DNA from: Vicinamibacteria bacterium
Lineage (GTDB): Bacteria; Acidobacteriota; Vicinamibacteria; Marinacidobacterales; Marinacidobacteraceae
Assembly: GCA_963668695.2 (NCBI GenBank)
Contig: CAXXLQ010000004.1
Span: forward strand, 3,104,001 to 3,168,000
Length of the DNA: 64,000 bases
Reading direction: 5' to 3'
Shown here in pieces: positions 50,808-61,715 of this stretch (position 1 is its first letter; each line of letters opens with the position of its first letter). Made by a program: the position numbers and the translations under genes. Under the pieces are notes generated by a model that saw only the letters and a program-made list of their open reading frames with translations, was not told where the DNA came from and did no database searches.

Positions 50808-50878
50808 TAAGCAGCCTGTGAAGAAATGCCGGCCAGACGCTAGCATTTCGTGAGCCGCGGCATCCGCCGCTCCATGCC

Positions 50879-51688
50879 ATGCCCCCCGACACCGCCGGCC
50901 TCGCAAATCGACGCCTTCTGGGCCCCGCTCTGGCGGTAGCCGCCGTAGTGTGCGGCCTCGCCTGCAGTTCCCGCCCGACGGCGGAGGTGCCTACCGGAGT
51001 GCAGGCCGATCGACGGCTCCTCGCGCTGGGTCAGCAAAGTCTCGAGGGCCGCGATTGGGAGACCGCCCGTACGTGGTTCCGTCAATTGCTCGACAGCTAT
51101 CCTCGCAGTCAGTTCGCCGGGGACGCCAGACTGGGAATCGCGGACACCTATAACAACCGGCGCGGGGCCCAAAACGCCTTGCTTGCCGCTACCGAGTACC
51201 GGGACTATCTGACGTTCTTCCCTAACCACCCGAGAGCCGACTACGCCCAGTTCCAGATCGCGTATGGGCACTTCAAGCGGCGTCGCAACGCCGATCGGGA
51301 TCAGGAAGACACCCGCCTCGCGTCAACCGAGTTCGAAAAGCTCCTCGAGCTGTACCCCAACTCCCGATACGCCGAGGAAGCGCGCGTACATCTCGCCGAT
51401 TGCCAGAACGACCTGGCCAGTTCCGTCCTGCTGAAGGCCGAGTTCTACCAGGACCAACGCGGTTGGTGTCGGGGCGCCATCCCCCGACTCGAAGAGATTC
51501 TGGCGAACTACCCCAACTTCGGCCGCCTCGCAGAGGTCCGCCACCGGCTGGCGCAGGCGCTCACCGAATGCGGTCGGGAGCAGGAGGCTCTGGTCCACTA
51601 CCAGAAGATCGTGGAAGAACACGCGGACAGCCAATACACCGAAGCTGCCCGAGAGCGGATTCGCGAGATCCTCGCCCGGACCTCGTAA
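50879..51688 (+). CDS. bamD: Outer membrane protein assembly factor BamD
   Basis: Lipobox GLAC, TPR helices, FFPNHPRADYAQFQ, RDQEDT, YPNSRY. Confidence 0.9.
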   Translation: MPPDTAGLANRRLLGPALAVAAVVCGLACSSRPTAEVPTGVQADRRLLALGQQSLEGRDWETARTWFRQLLDSYPRSQFAGDARLGIADTYNNRRGAQNALLAATEYRDYLTFFPNHPRADYAQFQIAYGHFKRRRNADRDQEDTRLASTEFEKLLELYPNSRYAEEARVHLADCQNDLASSVLLKAEFYQDQRGWCRGAIPRLEEILANYPNFGRLAEVRHRLAQALTECGREQEALVHYQKIVEEHADSQYTEAARERIREILARTS

Positions 51689-51742
51689 GACAGGACCTCG
51701 TAAGAATCGCGGTCCCCAGCTCTCTCGAAGGCGCAGGGGCCT

Positions 51743-52153
51743 TCAGAAACCGCGCGGCAGCGTGGCCTTGATGTCCGCGAGGGAATCCCCCCGGTGGACC
51801 AGGATCCTCATTCCTCCCTTCCGGGAGCGGGCTGTTTCGCGGCAAGCGGGTTCCGGCGCGCGCTGCACAGCGAGCACGATGTCGCCGGCAACGAGACCCA
51901 AGAGCAACGCCTCCTGCCCAATTTCGAGGTCCGCCGGGCACACCGCCAACCCCACGATGCGCCATCCGCCAATCGCTGACCGGTCCAACCGCCGTTCCAC
52001 GAGCGTCTCGAGCGTCACGGTCCCGGACGTACGGTCTACCGCCGGTTCGAACCCAACGATATCGACTTGCCGGTGCCGCTTCTCGCCGTAGAGGAATCCG
52101 CGCCGTCCATCAAGCGACGCGGCCGCGTCGGCTCCGACAAAAACGTCCGGCAA
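51743..52153 (-). CDS. Hypothetical protein
   Basis: Fills the gap between bamD and pgsA, co-oriented with pgsA, protein-like composition; no family recognised. Confidence 0.5.
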   Translation of the reverse strand: MPDVFVGADAAASLDGRRGFLYGEKRHRQVDIVGFEPAVDRTSGTVTLETLVERRLDRSAIGGWRIVGLAVCPADLEIGQEALLLGLVAGDIVLAVQRAPEPACRETARSRKGGMRILVHRGDSLADIKATLPRGF

Positions 52154-52202
52154 GGCGCGAACCAGACGGCGGGCCGCGGTCCGCCGCGCGCCAGCAGGTT
52201 GG

Positions 52203-52736
52203 TCAGCCAGAGAGCGCGACTCTCCCCGCTCCGAGGAAGTAGGAGAAACCGGACCATGCCGTCACCACGGCCGCGGCCCAGAGACCTGCCACCCCGAAAG
52301 GCGCCAGAACAGGATAGAGAGCCCCCACCAGAACCAGCAGTGCGGCGTAGACCTGCGCGTGCATCTTGATTTTTCCGAGAAGGCTGACCGGCACGCTTCC
52401 GCCCCGCTGGAGCGCCACCATGCGCAACGCCGTCACCGCGAACTCGCGGCCCACGATCACGATCGCCACCCATGCCGGACAGAGCCCCCGATCCACCAGG
52501 CAAATGAAGATCGTGGCGATGAAGAACTTGTCGGCGATCGGATCGAGGAGGGTCCCGAGCGCAGTGATCTGGTTCCGGCGGCGGGCGATGTACCCGTCGA
52601 GCAGATCGGTAAGAGCCGCGCCGGCCACGAGAATTGCGCTGACGAGTTGCCAGCCCGGAAAGGAGGCGAGGAGCGCCACTGCCAAGACCGGCGTCAGCAG
52701 TATCCGCAGCAGCGTGAGACGGTTCGCCACGCTCAT
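52203..52736 (-). CDS. pgsA: CDP-diacylglycerol-glycerol-3-phosphate 3-phosphatidyltransferase
   Basis: ANRLTLLR, DLLDGYIAR...LGTLLDPIADK, REFAVTALR, GKIK. Confidence 0.9.
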   Translation of the reverse strand: MSVANRLTLLRILLTPVLAVALLASFPGWQLVSAILVAGAALTDLLDGYIARRRNQITALGTLLDPIADKFFIATIFICLVDRGLCPAWVAIVIVGREFAVTALRMVALQRGGSVPVSLLGKIKMHAQVYAALLVLVGALYPVLAPFGVAGLWAAAVVTAWSGFSYFLGAGRVALSG

Positions 52737-52865
52737 TTCGGGCTCACGTTCGAAGAGGCTCTCCGCGCCCGTAGCGCGGTGCGCGAATGTTATCAGCCGC
52801 TGCCGGGAGACCCGCCATCCAGACGCCGGTCACGACCGCCAGCGAGTATCCTGTCGGGCGGTTCG

Positions 52866-53942
52866 ATGAAGGCGGTCATTCTGATTGGGGGAAAGGCGCT
52901 GCGGCTCCGCCCCCTTACTTTCCGCCGGCCGAAGGCCATTGTCCCGCTCCTCGCGCGGCCTTTCCTCGTCACGCAGTTCGAGTTGCTCCGCAAGGCGGGT
53001 GTCACCGACGTCGTCCTGTGCCTCGCCTCGCTGCCCCGGCGGATCGAGGCCACCTTTGGTGACGGAAACGCGTTCGGGATCTCGCTCCGCTACTCGGTAG
53101 AGCCGAAGCCGCTCGGCACCGGAGGAGCTGTCGGACACGTACGGTCCTTGCTGGCCGAACCATTCGTCTGTCTCAACGGCGACGTGTTTACCGACCTCGA
53201 CATAGCCTCTCTGATCCGGACCCATGAATCGGCGCGGGCAACGCTCACCCTTGCCCTCAGCCCGGTAGCGGACGCATCTCAATACGGCGTGGTCCGGACC
53301 GCGGGCGGCGAGGACGGCGAGCCACTCCGCGTTGTCGACTTCATTGAAAAGCCGCGCGCTCCCGGGCCGGCCGAGATCAGTGTCGGCGCCTACGTAATGG
53401 ATCCGGAGATCTTCGAGTTCTTGCCGGACAAGGGTCGCTGTTCGCTGGAGCACGAGGTCTTCCCGGCCGTGGTAGCCGCGGGCCGCCGGGTTGCCGCGCA
53501 CCGACACGGGGGATATTTCACCGATATCGGAGTGCTCGACCGTTACCGCCAGGCGCACCGCGACGCCCTTGACGGCAAGATACGGATACCGGGGGTGGGA
53601 CGCCCCAACCCGGGAGGGGTCATCGTGGACGAGACTGCTTCGGTCCATCCCCGCGCTCGCCTACTCGGGCCGGCGCTCGTGGGCCCCGGGGCCCAGGTGC
53701 GCGAGGACGCCGAGATTGGTCCCTACGCGGTACTCGGACGCCGGGTGAGGATCGAGGCGAACGCCCGGGTAAAGGATTCGATCCTCTGGGCCGACACCCG
53801 CATCAGCGAAGAAGCCGACGTTTCGGGATCCATATTGGGCGTCAGCAGTTTCGTAGGGCCGGGAGTGCGTCTGTCGGGCGCGGTCCTCGGCGACAAGAGC
53901 ACCATCGCTGCGTACAGCGCCGTGCCATGGCTCACGGACTGA
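52866..53942 (+). CDS. NDP-sugar pyrophosphorylase (mannose-1-phosphate guanylyltransferase-like)
   Basis: MKAVILIGG...RLRPLT..RPK, EPKPLGTGG, NGD, FIEKP, C-terminal hexapeptide repeats. Confidence 0.9.
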   Translation: MKAVILIGGKALRLRPLTFRRPKAIVPLLARPFLVTQFELLRKAGVTDVVLCLASLPRRIEATFGDGNAFGISLRYSVEPKPLGTGGAVGHVRSLLAEPFVCLNGDVFTDLDIASLIRTHESARATLTLALSPVADASQYGVVRTAGGEDGEPLRVVDFIEKPRAPGPAEISVGAYVMDPEIFEFLPDKGRCSLEHEVFPAVVAAGRRVAAHRHGGYFTDIGVLDRYRQAHRDALDGKIRIPGVGRPNPGGVIVDETASVHPRARLLGPALVGPGAQVREDAEIGPYAVLGRRVRIEANARVKDSILWADTRISEEADVSGSILGVSSFVGPGVRLSGAVLGDKSTIAAYSAVPWLTD

Positions 53943-55348
53943 CTGCCGCGGAAGCGGGCCTCTTCAAGGCCTACGATGTCCGGGGGGGGGCCCCGGCGCC
54001 GCTGTCTCCAGCGCTGGCGTGGCGCGTCGGCCGGGCGTTCGCTACCTGGCTCGGGGGAGGACGGATCGGCATGGCCCGGGACGCGCGGCTCACGAGCCCG
54101 GCGCTGGCCCGGGCGTTCGCCGCGGGTCTTCAACTGCCGGGCGTCGAGATCCTCGACTACGGGATGTTGCCGACCGACGCGATGTGGTTCGCTGTCCGCC
54201 GCGACGGCCTCGACGGGGGTGCGGTAATCACCGCCTCCCACAACCCTCCCGGCGACAACGGGATCAAACTCGTCGAACGCGACGCCGCACCCGTCTTCCA
54301 CGAAAACGGCTTGCCGGAAGTGCGCCGCCTGGCCGGCGGATTCTCCGATCCGCCAATCGATTTCCCGCCCGGCCCGCCGCCTGGCCCTCCCCTCGAGATC
54401 GCACCCGACTATCGGGCGTTTCTGAACAGCGTCGTCAGCTTTCGCTCCTTGCCGGCGCTCCGCGTGGTGCTCGACGCCGGCAACGGCATGGGAGGACTGA
54501 TGGCGGCCGAGGTGTTCTCGAGAGTCCCCGGACAGTTCCTGGCGGTGCAGTTCCGGCCCGACGGCTCCTTCCCGAACCGGGGCGCCAACCCTCTCGACCC
54601 CGAGAACCGACAACCCCTCGTGCGCCGCGTCCTCGAGGAAGGCGCCGACTTCGGGGTCCTCTGGGACGGCGATGCCGACCGCTGCGTGTTCGTCGACGAT
54701 CAGGGATTTCACATTCCGGGTGACTTCACGACGGCGCTACTGGCCACGGCCGAGATCGCCAAGGAACCCGGCGCCAGAATCGTGTTCGACCTGCGGTCAT
54801 CGCGCGCGGTGCCAGATACCGTGACCCAGGCCGGCGGAATCCCCTGCGCGGGCCGGGTAGGACATGCCTATCTGAAACGACGCATGCGGCAGGAGGACGC
54901 CAGATTCGGGGGCGAGCTGAGCGGTCATTTCTTCTTCCGGGCCGCCGGGTATGCCGACAACGCCCTCCTGCCCATCTTGCTCATGATCGAACGGATCCGG
55001 GACTCGGGCAAGTCTCTCTCGGATCTGGCAAGCGAACTGCGACGCCGCTATTTCACCGTCGACGAAGAGAGCCGCGTGGTCCCCGACCAGGCGATGGCCT
55101 TCGACATGGTGCGGGAAGCCTTTCCGGGCGGCAAGGTGAACCGGCTGGATGGACTGACGATGGACTTTCCCGACTGGCGGTTCACTCTGCGGCCCTCCAA
55201 CACGGAACCCGTAATGAGGCTGACCCTGGAGGCCTACCGCGCGGGACTTGCCGAACGGCGCCGGAACGAAATCCTGTCCCTGCTGGACCAGGCCCGGGAA
55301 CGAGGAGAGGCGAGTCCCACTCCTCCGGCAGGGGCTTTCGCCGAGTAG
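53927..55348 (+). CDS. manB: Phosphomannomutase/phosphoglucomutase
   Basis: FKAYDVRG, TASHNP, DGDADR, GELSGH, RPSNTEP. Confidence 0.93.
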   Translation: MAHGLTAAEAGLFKAYDVRGGAPAPLSPALAWRVGRAFATWLGGGRIGMARDARLTSPALARAFAAGLQLPGVEILDYGMLPTDAMWFAVRRDGLDGGAVITASHNPPGDNGIKLVERDAAPVFHENGLPEVRRLAGGFSDPPIDFPPGPPPGPPLEIAPDYRAFLNSVVSFRSLPALRVVLDAGNGMGGLMAAEVFSRVPGQFLAVQFRPDGSFPNRGANPLDPENRQPLVRRVLEEGADFGVLWDGDADRCVFVDDQGFHIPGDFTTALLATAEIAKEPGARIVFDLRSSRAVPDTVTQAGGIPCAGRVGHAYLKRRMRQEDARFGGELSGHFFFRAAGYADNALLPILLMIERIRDSGKSLSDLASELRRRYFTVDEESRVVPDQAMAFDMVREAFPGGKVNRLDGLTMDFPDWRFTLRPSNTEPVMRLTLEAYRAGLAERRRNEILSLLDQARERGEASPTPPAGAFAE

Positions 55349-55364
55349 AATCACCGGTTTCCGG

Positions 55365-55437
55365 GCGGGCGTATCTCAGTTGGCAGAGTACGAGCTTCCC
55401 AAGCTCGGTGTCGCGGGTTCGAGCCCCGTCGCCCGCT
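55365..55437 (+). tRNA. tRNA-Gly (anticodon CCC)
   Basis: Acceptor stem GCGGGCG/CGCCCGC, anticodon arm CGAGC-TTCCCAA-GCTCG, T arm GCGGG-TTCGAGC-CCCGT, discriminator T. Confidence 0.95.
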
Positions 55438-55467
55438 CCGTTTTATTTTCCGGTTCCGCTTCGCCCT

Positions 55468-55904
55468 ATGGCCATTTTCCGTCGCAACAAGGAAAGCGAG
55501 GCTTTTCTTAACGAAGTGCCTCCTTCTCCTCCCGAACGGGGCGCCCGCTCGACCTGGATCGGCCCGGACACCTTCGTCGAGGGCAAGAGCACGACCCGGG
55601 AGGACATCTGTATCCAGGGACGTCTCAAGGGCACCGTGGAAAGCACCGCCTCGGTGCTGATTCCGGAGGGTGGTCAGGTAGAGGCCGACATCGTGGCCCG
55701 GAACGTGGCCATCCATGGCCGGGTCTCGGGCAACGTAGAAGCGATCGAAAAGGCGGAAATCGGCGCGTCGGGCGTCCTCACCGGAGGGATTCTGGCTGCG
55801 ACCGTGGTCGTACAGGCAGGGGCCACTTTCGAGGGAACCATCCGGACCCGCGCCAAGACCGACACGAAGTCGGAGCCAGATCCCAAGACAAAAGAGGAGG
55901 CTCC

Positions 55905-55908
<4 letters not shown>
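55468..55908 (+). CDS. Bactofilin (polymer-forming cytoskeletal protein)
   Basis: T.IG..T.VEG, I.G...G.V repeats, GA.FEG; ATG at 55468. Confidence 0.9.
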
Positions 55909-57020
<1,112 letters not shown>

Positions 57021-57187
57021 TTAGCAGGCTGCTGGCAGCGGGCGATACCGAGTGGCGTGAGCGCTGACGCGGAGGCGGCAAGGCCGAACGATCGCCGGCC
57101 CAACAGAAAGCGATACCGGAAGCGATACCGCCTTCGCCTCGTCCCGGAGTTTCGTCCGGCGGTCCGCGCCGGAGCAGTACCGAGCCG

Positions 57188-57937
57188 ATGAACATCCCGA
57201 AACCCGCAGCCATTCGGGAGCCATCACCGGGGCTGCGGCGGTTTGCGGATTGGGAAACCCCTGCCGATGGGGCGACCAACATGCGGCGCGATCACGAGCT
57301 GCTGGAGGAGGCCGCGCGCGGAGCGCCTCCAACGCTTCGTCTCTATCGCTGGTCCCGACCTACCCTGACACTGGGGCACGCGCAATCGCTCGCAAGCGCC
57401 ACGGACCCGGCGGCGCTGGCCAGACTGGGCATTCCCTGGGTTCGCCGCCCGACCGGCGGCCGGGCACTCCTCCATCTGCCGGACGAACTCACCTACGCGT
57501 TCGCGGCGCCCAAGGGCCTGGCGCCGGGGGTCCGGACCGCCTATTTCCGGGTGATGGGGGCAATCGCCGAGGCGCTCGCCGGCTTCGCGCGGGTCGATCC
57601 GATGCCCGCCGGCTCCCTGCCCCGCGAACCTGCGGCCCCCAGGCTTCCATGCCACGCCGTTGCCACCGGCCACGAGATCACCGCCGGCGGACGGAAGCTG
57701 GTTGCCGGGGCCCAACGATGGCGCCGGGGCGCCTTCTTGCAACACGGCTCGATTCCCTGGACGGTGGACCGACCCCTCACGAACGCCCTGGCAGGACTTC
57801 CCGCCGGCTCACCCGTTGCTGCGGTTGGCCTGAGTGAACTCCCCGCTCTCGGGCAAGCGGACGTGCCGCCTCGCGTGGGCGCGGTAGCCGACGCGCTGGA
57901 GGCATCGTTCTGCCGGAAATTCGGGGCTCCGTGCTAG
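57188..57937 (+). CDS. Lipoate-protein ligase A family protein (LipM-like)
   Basis: TLRLYRW..PTLTLG, VRRPTGGRA..H, RKLVAGAQ, LQHGSI. Confidence 0.9.
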   Translation: MNIPKPAAIREPSPGLRRFADWETPADGATNMRRDHELLEEAARGAPPTLRLYRWSRPTLTLGHAQSLASATDPAALARLGIPWVRRPTGGRALLHLPDELTYAFAAPKGLAPGVRTAYFRVMGAIAEALAGFARVDPMPAGSLPREPAAPRLPCHAVATGHEITAGGRKLVAGAQRWRRGAFLQHGSIPWTVDRPLTNALAGLPAGSPVAAVGLSELPALGQADVPPRVGAVADALEASFCRKFGAPC

Positions 57938-57974
57938 TCTGATTGGCTGGTTTCCAACCGGTATTCAGGAGCGA

Positions 57975-58724
57975 TTGATGAACGATTCCTCGCAGGGAGA
58001 ACCACCCGAGCCGCTTGCGGAAGCCCGCGGGGCGAATGGCGCCGCCGCCGGAAATCCCACGGATCCGCCTGAGTCTCCGGAAGGGGGCGGTTCCACCGAG
58101 ATCGACGACCTGCGAGACCGGGTCACCGCCCTGAACCAGGAACTGGCCGATGCCAAGGATCTCGCCCGTCGGGCGCAGGCCGACCTCGCAAACGTCCGCC
58201 GGCGCTCCCAAAACGAGCGTGCCGAGTTCCGGTCCCGCGCTACCGCAGAGATCTGCTCCGCCCTGTTGCCAGTGCTGGACGATCTCCACCGCGCCGTTAC
58301 CGAAGTGGACAAAACGACCGTGCGCTGGGAAGAGGACGGCGGCGGCGATCCGGCGGCGACCGTGGTCAAGGGGCTACACCAAGGGATCCGGTTGGTTCTG
58401 CGCCGGTTCCAGGACGCTCTGAAGCGCCAGGGACTACTTGAGATTGAAGCAGACGGTGCGCCTTTCGATCCGCGGCTGCACGAGGCCGTCCATGAAATCC
58501 CCGCCGGGCCGGGACAGCGCGAGGGCGACGTGGCTGAGGTGCTCCGCCGGGGCTACCTCCTCGACGGCCGGGTGATCCGCCCGGCCACCGTGATCGTCGC
58601 CGCGGCATCCGCTGAGCGACCGGGCAACCCCGAGGAAACGGACGAAGGCGCAGACGAAGACGACGGCGGGTCGGCGACCGAACCGGCGCCGCCGGGATCC
58701 GCAACCGAACCACTGCCCGCCTGA
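57975..58724 (+). CDS. grpE: Nucleotide exchange factor GrpE
   Basis: RAQADLAN.RRR, LLPVLDDL.RA, FDPRLHEAV, GY.L.GRVIRPA.V.V. Confidence 0.95.
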   Translation: MMNDSSQGEPPEPLAEARGANGAAAGNPTDPPESPEGGGSTEIDDLRDRVTALNQELADAKDLARRAQADLANVRRRSQNERAEFRSRATAEICSALLPVLDDLHRAVTEVDKTTVRWEEDGGGDPAATVVKGLHQGIRLVLRRFQDALKRQGLLEIEADGAPFDPRLHEAVHEIPAGPGQREGDVAEVLRRGYLLDGRVIRPATVIVAAASAERPGNPEETDEGADEDDGGSATEPAPPGSATEPLPA

Positions 58725-58732
58725 AGAACTCC

Positions 58733-59947
58733 ATGCCAGCCACCGCCCAGCGCGATTACTACGAAGTTCTCCGTGTGACCCGGGACGCGAGTCCGGAGGA
58801 GATCAAGAAGGCCTATCGCAAGCTCGCGATCCGCTATCACCCCGACCGCAACCCGGACGACAAATCCGCCGAGGGGCAGTTCAAGCAGGCATCCGAGGCG
58901 TACGGCGTCCTGGGCGATCCCGACAGGAGGTCCCGCTACGACCGGTTCGGCCATGCCGGCGTCGGCGGCGCTGGACAGACGATGGACAGCGAGGTTTTTG
59001 CGGACTTGCAGGATGTTCTCCGGGGCAGCGTCTTCGACCTGTTCGGCGAGATGTTCGGCGGCGGGAACCCGCGAGGCCCCGCGCGCGGGCGCGACATCCA
59101 GTACGAGCTGAACATCGACTTCAGCGAACCCAAGCAAGAGAGCAGCAAGAGAATCCTCGTTTCCCGCTCGGAGCCCTGCGATTCCTGTCGCGGGAGCGGA
59201 ATCGCAGCCGGCAAGCAGCCAATCCTCTGTGGACGGTGCGGCGGACGCGGGCAGGAAACCTTTTCCCGCGGCTTCATGGTGATGAGCCGGACCTGTTCCG
59301 GCTGTGGTGGAACGGGAAAGATCGTGCGCGACCCCTGCGGGGAGTGCGCGGGCGCCGGAAGAACTCCGCGGGAGCGGGAGATCACCGTGCAGCTCCCCGC
59401 GGGGATTGCTGACGGAAACCAGCTTCGCGTCTCGGGCGAAGGAGAACCGGGAGCCCGCGGTGGACCACCGGGCGATCTCTACGTGCGCGTCCACGTCCGG
59501 CCCGCTCGCGGCATGCGGCGGGAGGACGACGACGTTCTCAGCGAGGCGCCGATCACTTTTCCCCAGGCGGTGCTCGGCACCGAAATCTCGATCGCGACCA
59601 TCTGGGGAGAGAAAACCCTTCGGATCCCACCCGGCACGCAGCCGCACACGATCCTCCGCTTGCGAAGCAAGGGTTTCCCCGCACTCCGGGGTCGAAGCCG
59701 TGGCAATCACCTGGTCCGCGTTCTGGTGGAAGTGCCGAGGAAGCTGAGCGGCCGGGCGCGGGGCGCGGTTGTCACCCTGTCCGAGGAATTCGACGCGTCC
59801 TTCGTGCGTTCCTCCGGCAACCGCGACGCGAATTCGCAGCGCCCCGGTGAGGCTGGCCGCGAGCGGGGGGCCGGAGCGACTGGCGACCGCTCCGCCGATA
59901 GTTCAGGAAAGTCCCGCTCGTCATTTTTCGACCGGATCTTTTCGTGA
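58733..59947 (+). CDS. dnaJ: Chaperone DnaJ
   Basis: J-domain with HPD, four CxxCxGxG repeats, GDLYV. Confidence 0.97.
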   Translation: MPATAQRDYYEVLRVTRDASPEEIKKAYRKLAIRYHPDRNPDDKSAEGQFKQASEAYGVLGDPDRRSRYDRFGHAGVGGAGQTMDSEVFADLQDVLRGSVFDLFGEMFGGGNPRGPARGRDIQYELNIDFSEPKQESSKRILVSRSEPCDSCRGSGIAAGKQPILCGRCGGRGQETFSRGFMVMSRTCSGCGGTGKIVRDPCGECAGAGRTPREREITVQLPAGIADGNQLRVSGEGEPGARGGPPGDLYVRVHVRPARGMRREDDDVLSEAPITFPQAVLGTEISIATIWGEKTLRIPPGTQPHTILRLRSKGFPALRGRSRGNHLVRVLVEVPRKLSGRARGAVVTLSEEFDASFVRSSGNRDANSQRPGEAGRERGAGATGDRSADSSGKSRSSFFDRIFS

Positions 59948-59963
59948 CGGGGTTCCACGGCTA

Positions 59964-60417
59964 GCAGCCTGTCGATAAAGTGGCGTGAGCGCCGAGAGCG
60001 CCAGTTCTCCCGGTGGGGGCGAAGCCCAGTTCTCCCGGTGGGGGTCCGGCTGACCAGGCGCGCGAGGGAGGAGCCCCCACCGGGAGAACTGGCCCGGGTG
60101 TATTTCGAACGAAGCGCAACGATGAACGAGGCGAAGCGGAGTGTTTCAGCCGGGATGGATCGCCGCTCGAGCAGCCTGTGGTGGAACCCGGGCGAGCGCC
60201 GAGGCCGGTGAGGCGCCCGGCTGACAAGGCGCGTGAGGGAGGAGCCCCCACCGGGAGAACTGGCCCGGGTGTATTTCGACCGAAACGCAACGCAGAACGT
60301 AGCGAAGCGGAGTGGTTCAGCCGGGATGGATCGCCGGCCGAACGCCGGCTGGGTTTCACCACAGGCTGCTAGCCCCCACCGGGAGAACTGGGCCGCGAGA
60401 CTTTGTCCACCGGCTGC
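59964..60417. mobile_element. MITE-like family A, locus 9: one copy (60171-60369) nested inside another
   Basis: Outer ends GCAGCCTGTCGATAAAGT...ACTTTGTCCACCGGCTGC; inner ends GCAGCCTGTGGTGGAACCC...GGGTTTCACCACAGGCTGC. Confidence 0.85.
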
Positions 60418-60556
60418 TCGTCCTGACCTTTCAGCCACCGACCCGGGGCGGACCGCAACCCGGCGGCATCGACCGGCAGAAAATGGCGTCCGAAGACGGC
60501 CGACGTACCCGCTCGATCTGCACGGGCCCGGCCCGCTTACCGGCTGGGAAGGGCTC

Positions 60557-61477
60557 GTGGTGGACGAGAACGAGTTCCTCGGCGCCGCGGAAACGTCGGC
60601 AACGGGCGATCGGGTGCGGCTCTGGTTTGGCTCGGCGGGCGCCCGGCGACGGCTGGCGGCTCGTCTCGACGCGCTGGTCGAGTCCAAAAGGCCAGCCGCG
60701 GCGGCCCGAGAATCCGAATTCCCGCTGCACGGCGTCACCGTCCGGCATGCGCCTCCCGAACCGGCACGCGACTGGACGGCACGATATCGCGAGCTTTTTT
60801 CCGGGGTGCGGGCGGCTGGATTCTTCATTCACCCACCCCACATTCCGGCGGTGCCCGGGTTCCGGTCGCTCCTTCTCACACCCGGACTGGCCTTCGGCAC
60901 CGGAGTCCACGCCACGACCCGCATGGTTCTGGAATCGCTCGAAGAACACCTCAGCGCCCGCCAGTCGCGGACGCGCGTTCTCGACATCGGGACCGGATCG
61001 GGAATTCTTGCCGTCGCGGCCGCGCTGCTCGGAGCAAGGACGGTTGTGGGCCTCGACCAGGACCCCACGGCGATTCGCGCTGCGGAAGAAGCCGCGGCGG
61101 CGAACAGCCTGGTTGGCAGGATCCTGTTCCGTGCCGGAGACTATCGGGATCCGGACCTGGCGGCCGATCTGCACCCGCTGGCTCCCCGCGGCTTCGATGT
61201 AATCCTCGCCAATCTGTCGGCCAAACCCCTGACGGATTTTTGGGAATTCGCCGCGCCCCAGCTGCGGTCGCGAGGCCGGATTCTCATCTCGGGATTCCTC
61301 CGTGAAGAGGCGTCCCGCGTATTGGGCGCCTTCCCCGGACGATCGGTCAGATTGGCGGAAATCCGAATGGAGCTACCCGAACACCCCGAAACCGACACCT
61401 GGGTCGCGGCCGCGCTGGAGCGCCGAGAGAGCGAACGTTCCGCGCCGGAAGACCGAGCCGCCGCCACTCGCTTCTAG
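60557..61477 (+). CDS. prmA: Ribosomal protein L11 methyltransferase (start uncertain, may be further upstream)
   Basis: PGLAFGTGVHATT, VLDIGTGSGILA, DVILANL, ISG; located between dnaJ and rsmE. Confidence 0.92.
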   Translation: MVDENEFLGAAETSATGDRVRLWFGSAGARRRLAARLDALVESKRPAAAARESEFPLHGVTVRHAPPEPARDWTARYRELFSGVRAAGFFIHPPHIPAVPGFRSLLLTPGLAFGTGVHATTRMVLESLEEHLSARQSRTRVLDIGTGSGILAVAAALLGARTVVGLDQDPTAIRAAEEAAAANSLVGRILFRAGDYRDPDLAADLHPLAPRGFDVILANLSAKPLTDFWEFAAPQLRSRGRILISGFLREEASRVLGAFPGRSVRLAEIRMELPEHPETDTWVAAALERRESERSAPEDRAAATRF

Positions 61478-61711
61478 CAGCCTGTGGTGAAACTCACGCG
61501 GCCCAGTTCTCCCGGTGGGGGCTCGAGCGGCGATGCATCCCGGCTGAACCGCCCCCCCACCGGGAGAACTGGCGCTTTGCGGCGCTCTGCGTTGCGCTTC
61601 GGTCGAAATACACTCGGGCCAGTTCTCCCGGTGGGGGCTCCTCCCTCGCGCGCCTTGTCAGTCGGGCGCCTCCCCGCTCTCGGCGCTCACGCCAGTTCCA
61701 CCACAGGCTGC
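61477..61711. mobile_element. MITE-like family A, locus 10, between the prmA stop and the rsmE start
   Basis: CTA-GCAGCCTGTGG...CCACAGGCTGC-TAG-C-ATG. Confidence 0.88.
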
Positions 61712-61715
61712 TAGC

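Noticed and set aside
55365-55470. Prophage or genomic island at tRNA-Gly
   Set aside because: No integrase and no duplicated tRNA 3' end seen; housekeeping genes lie on both sides.
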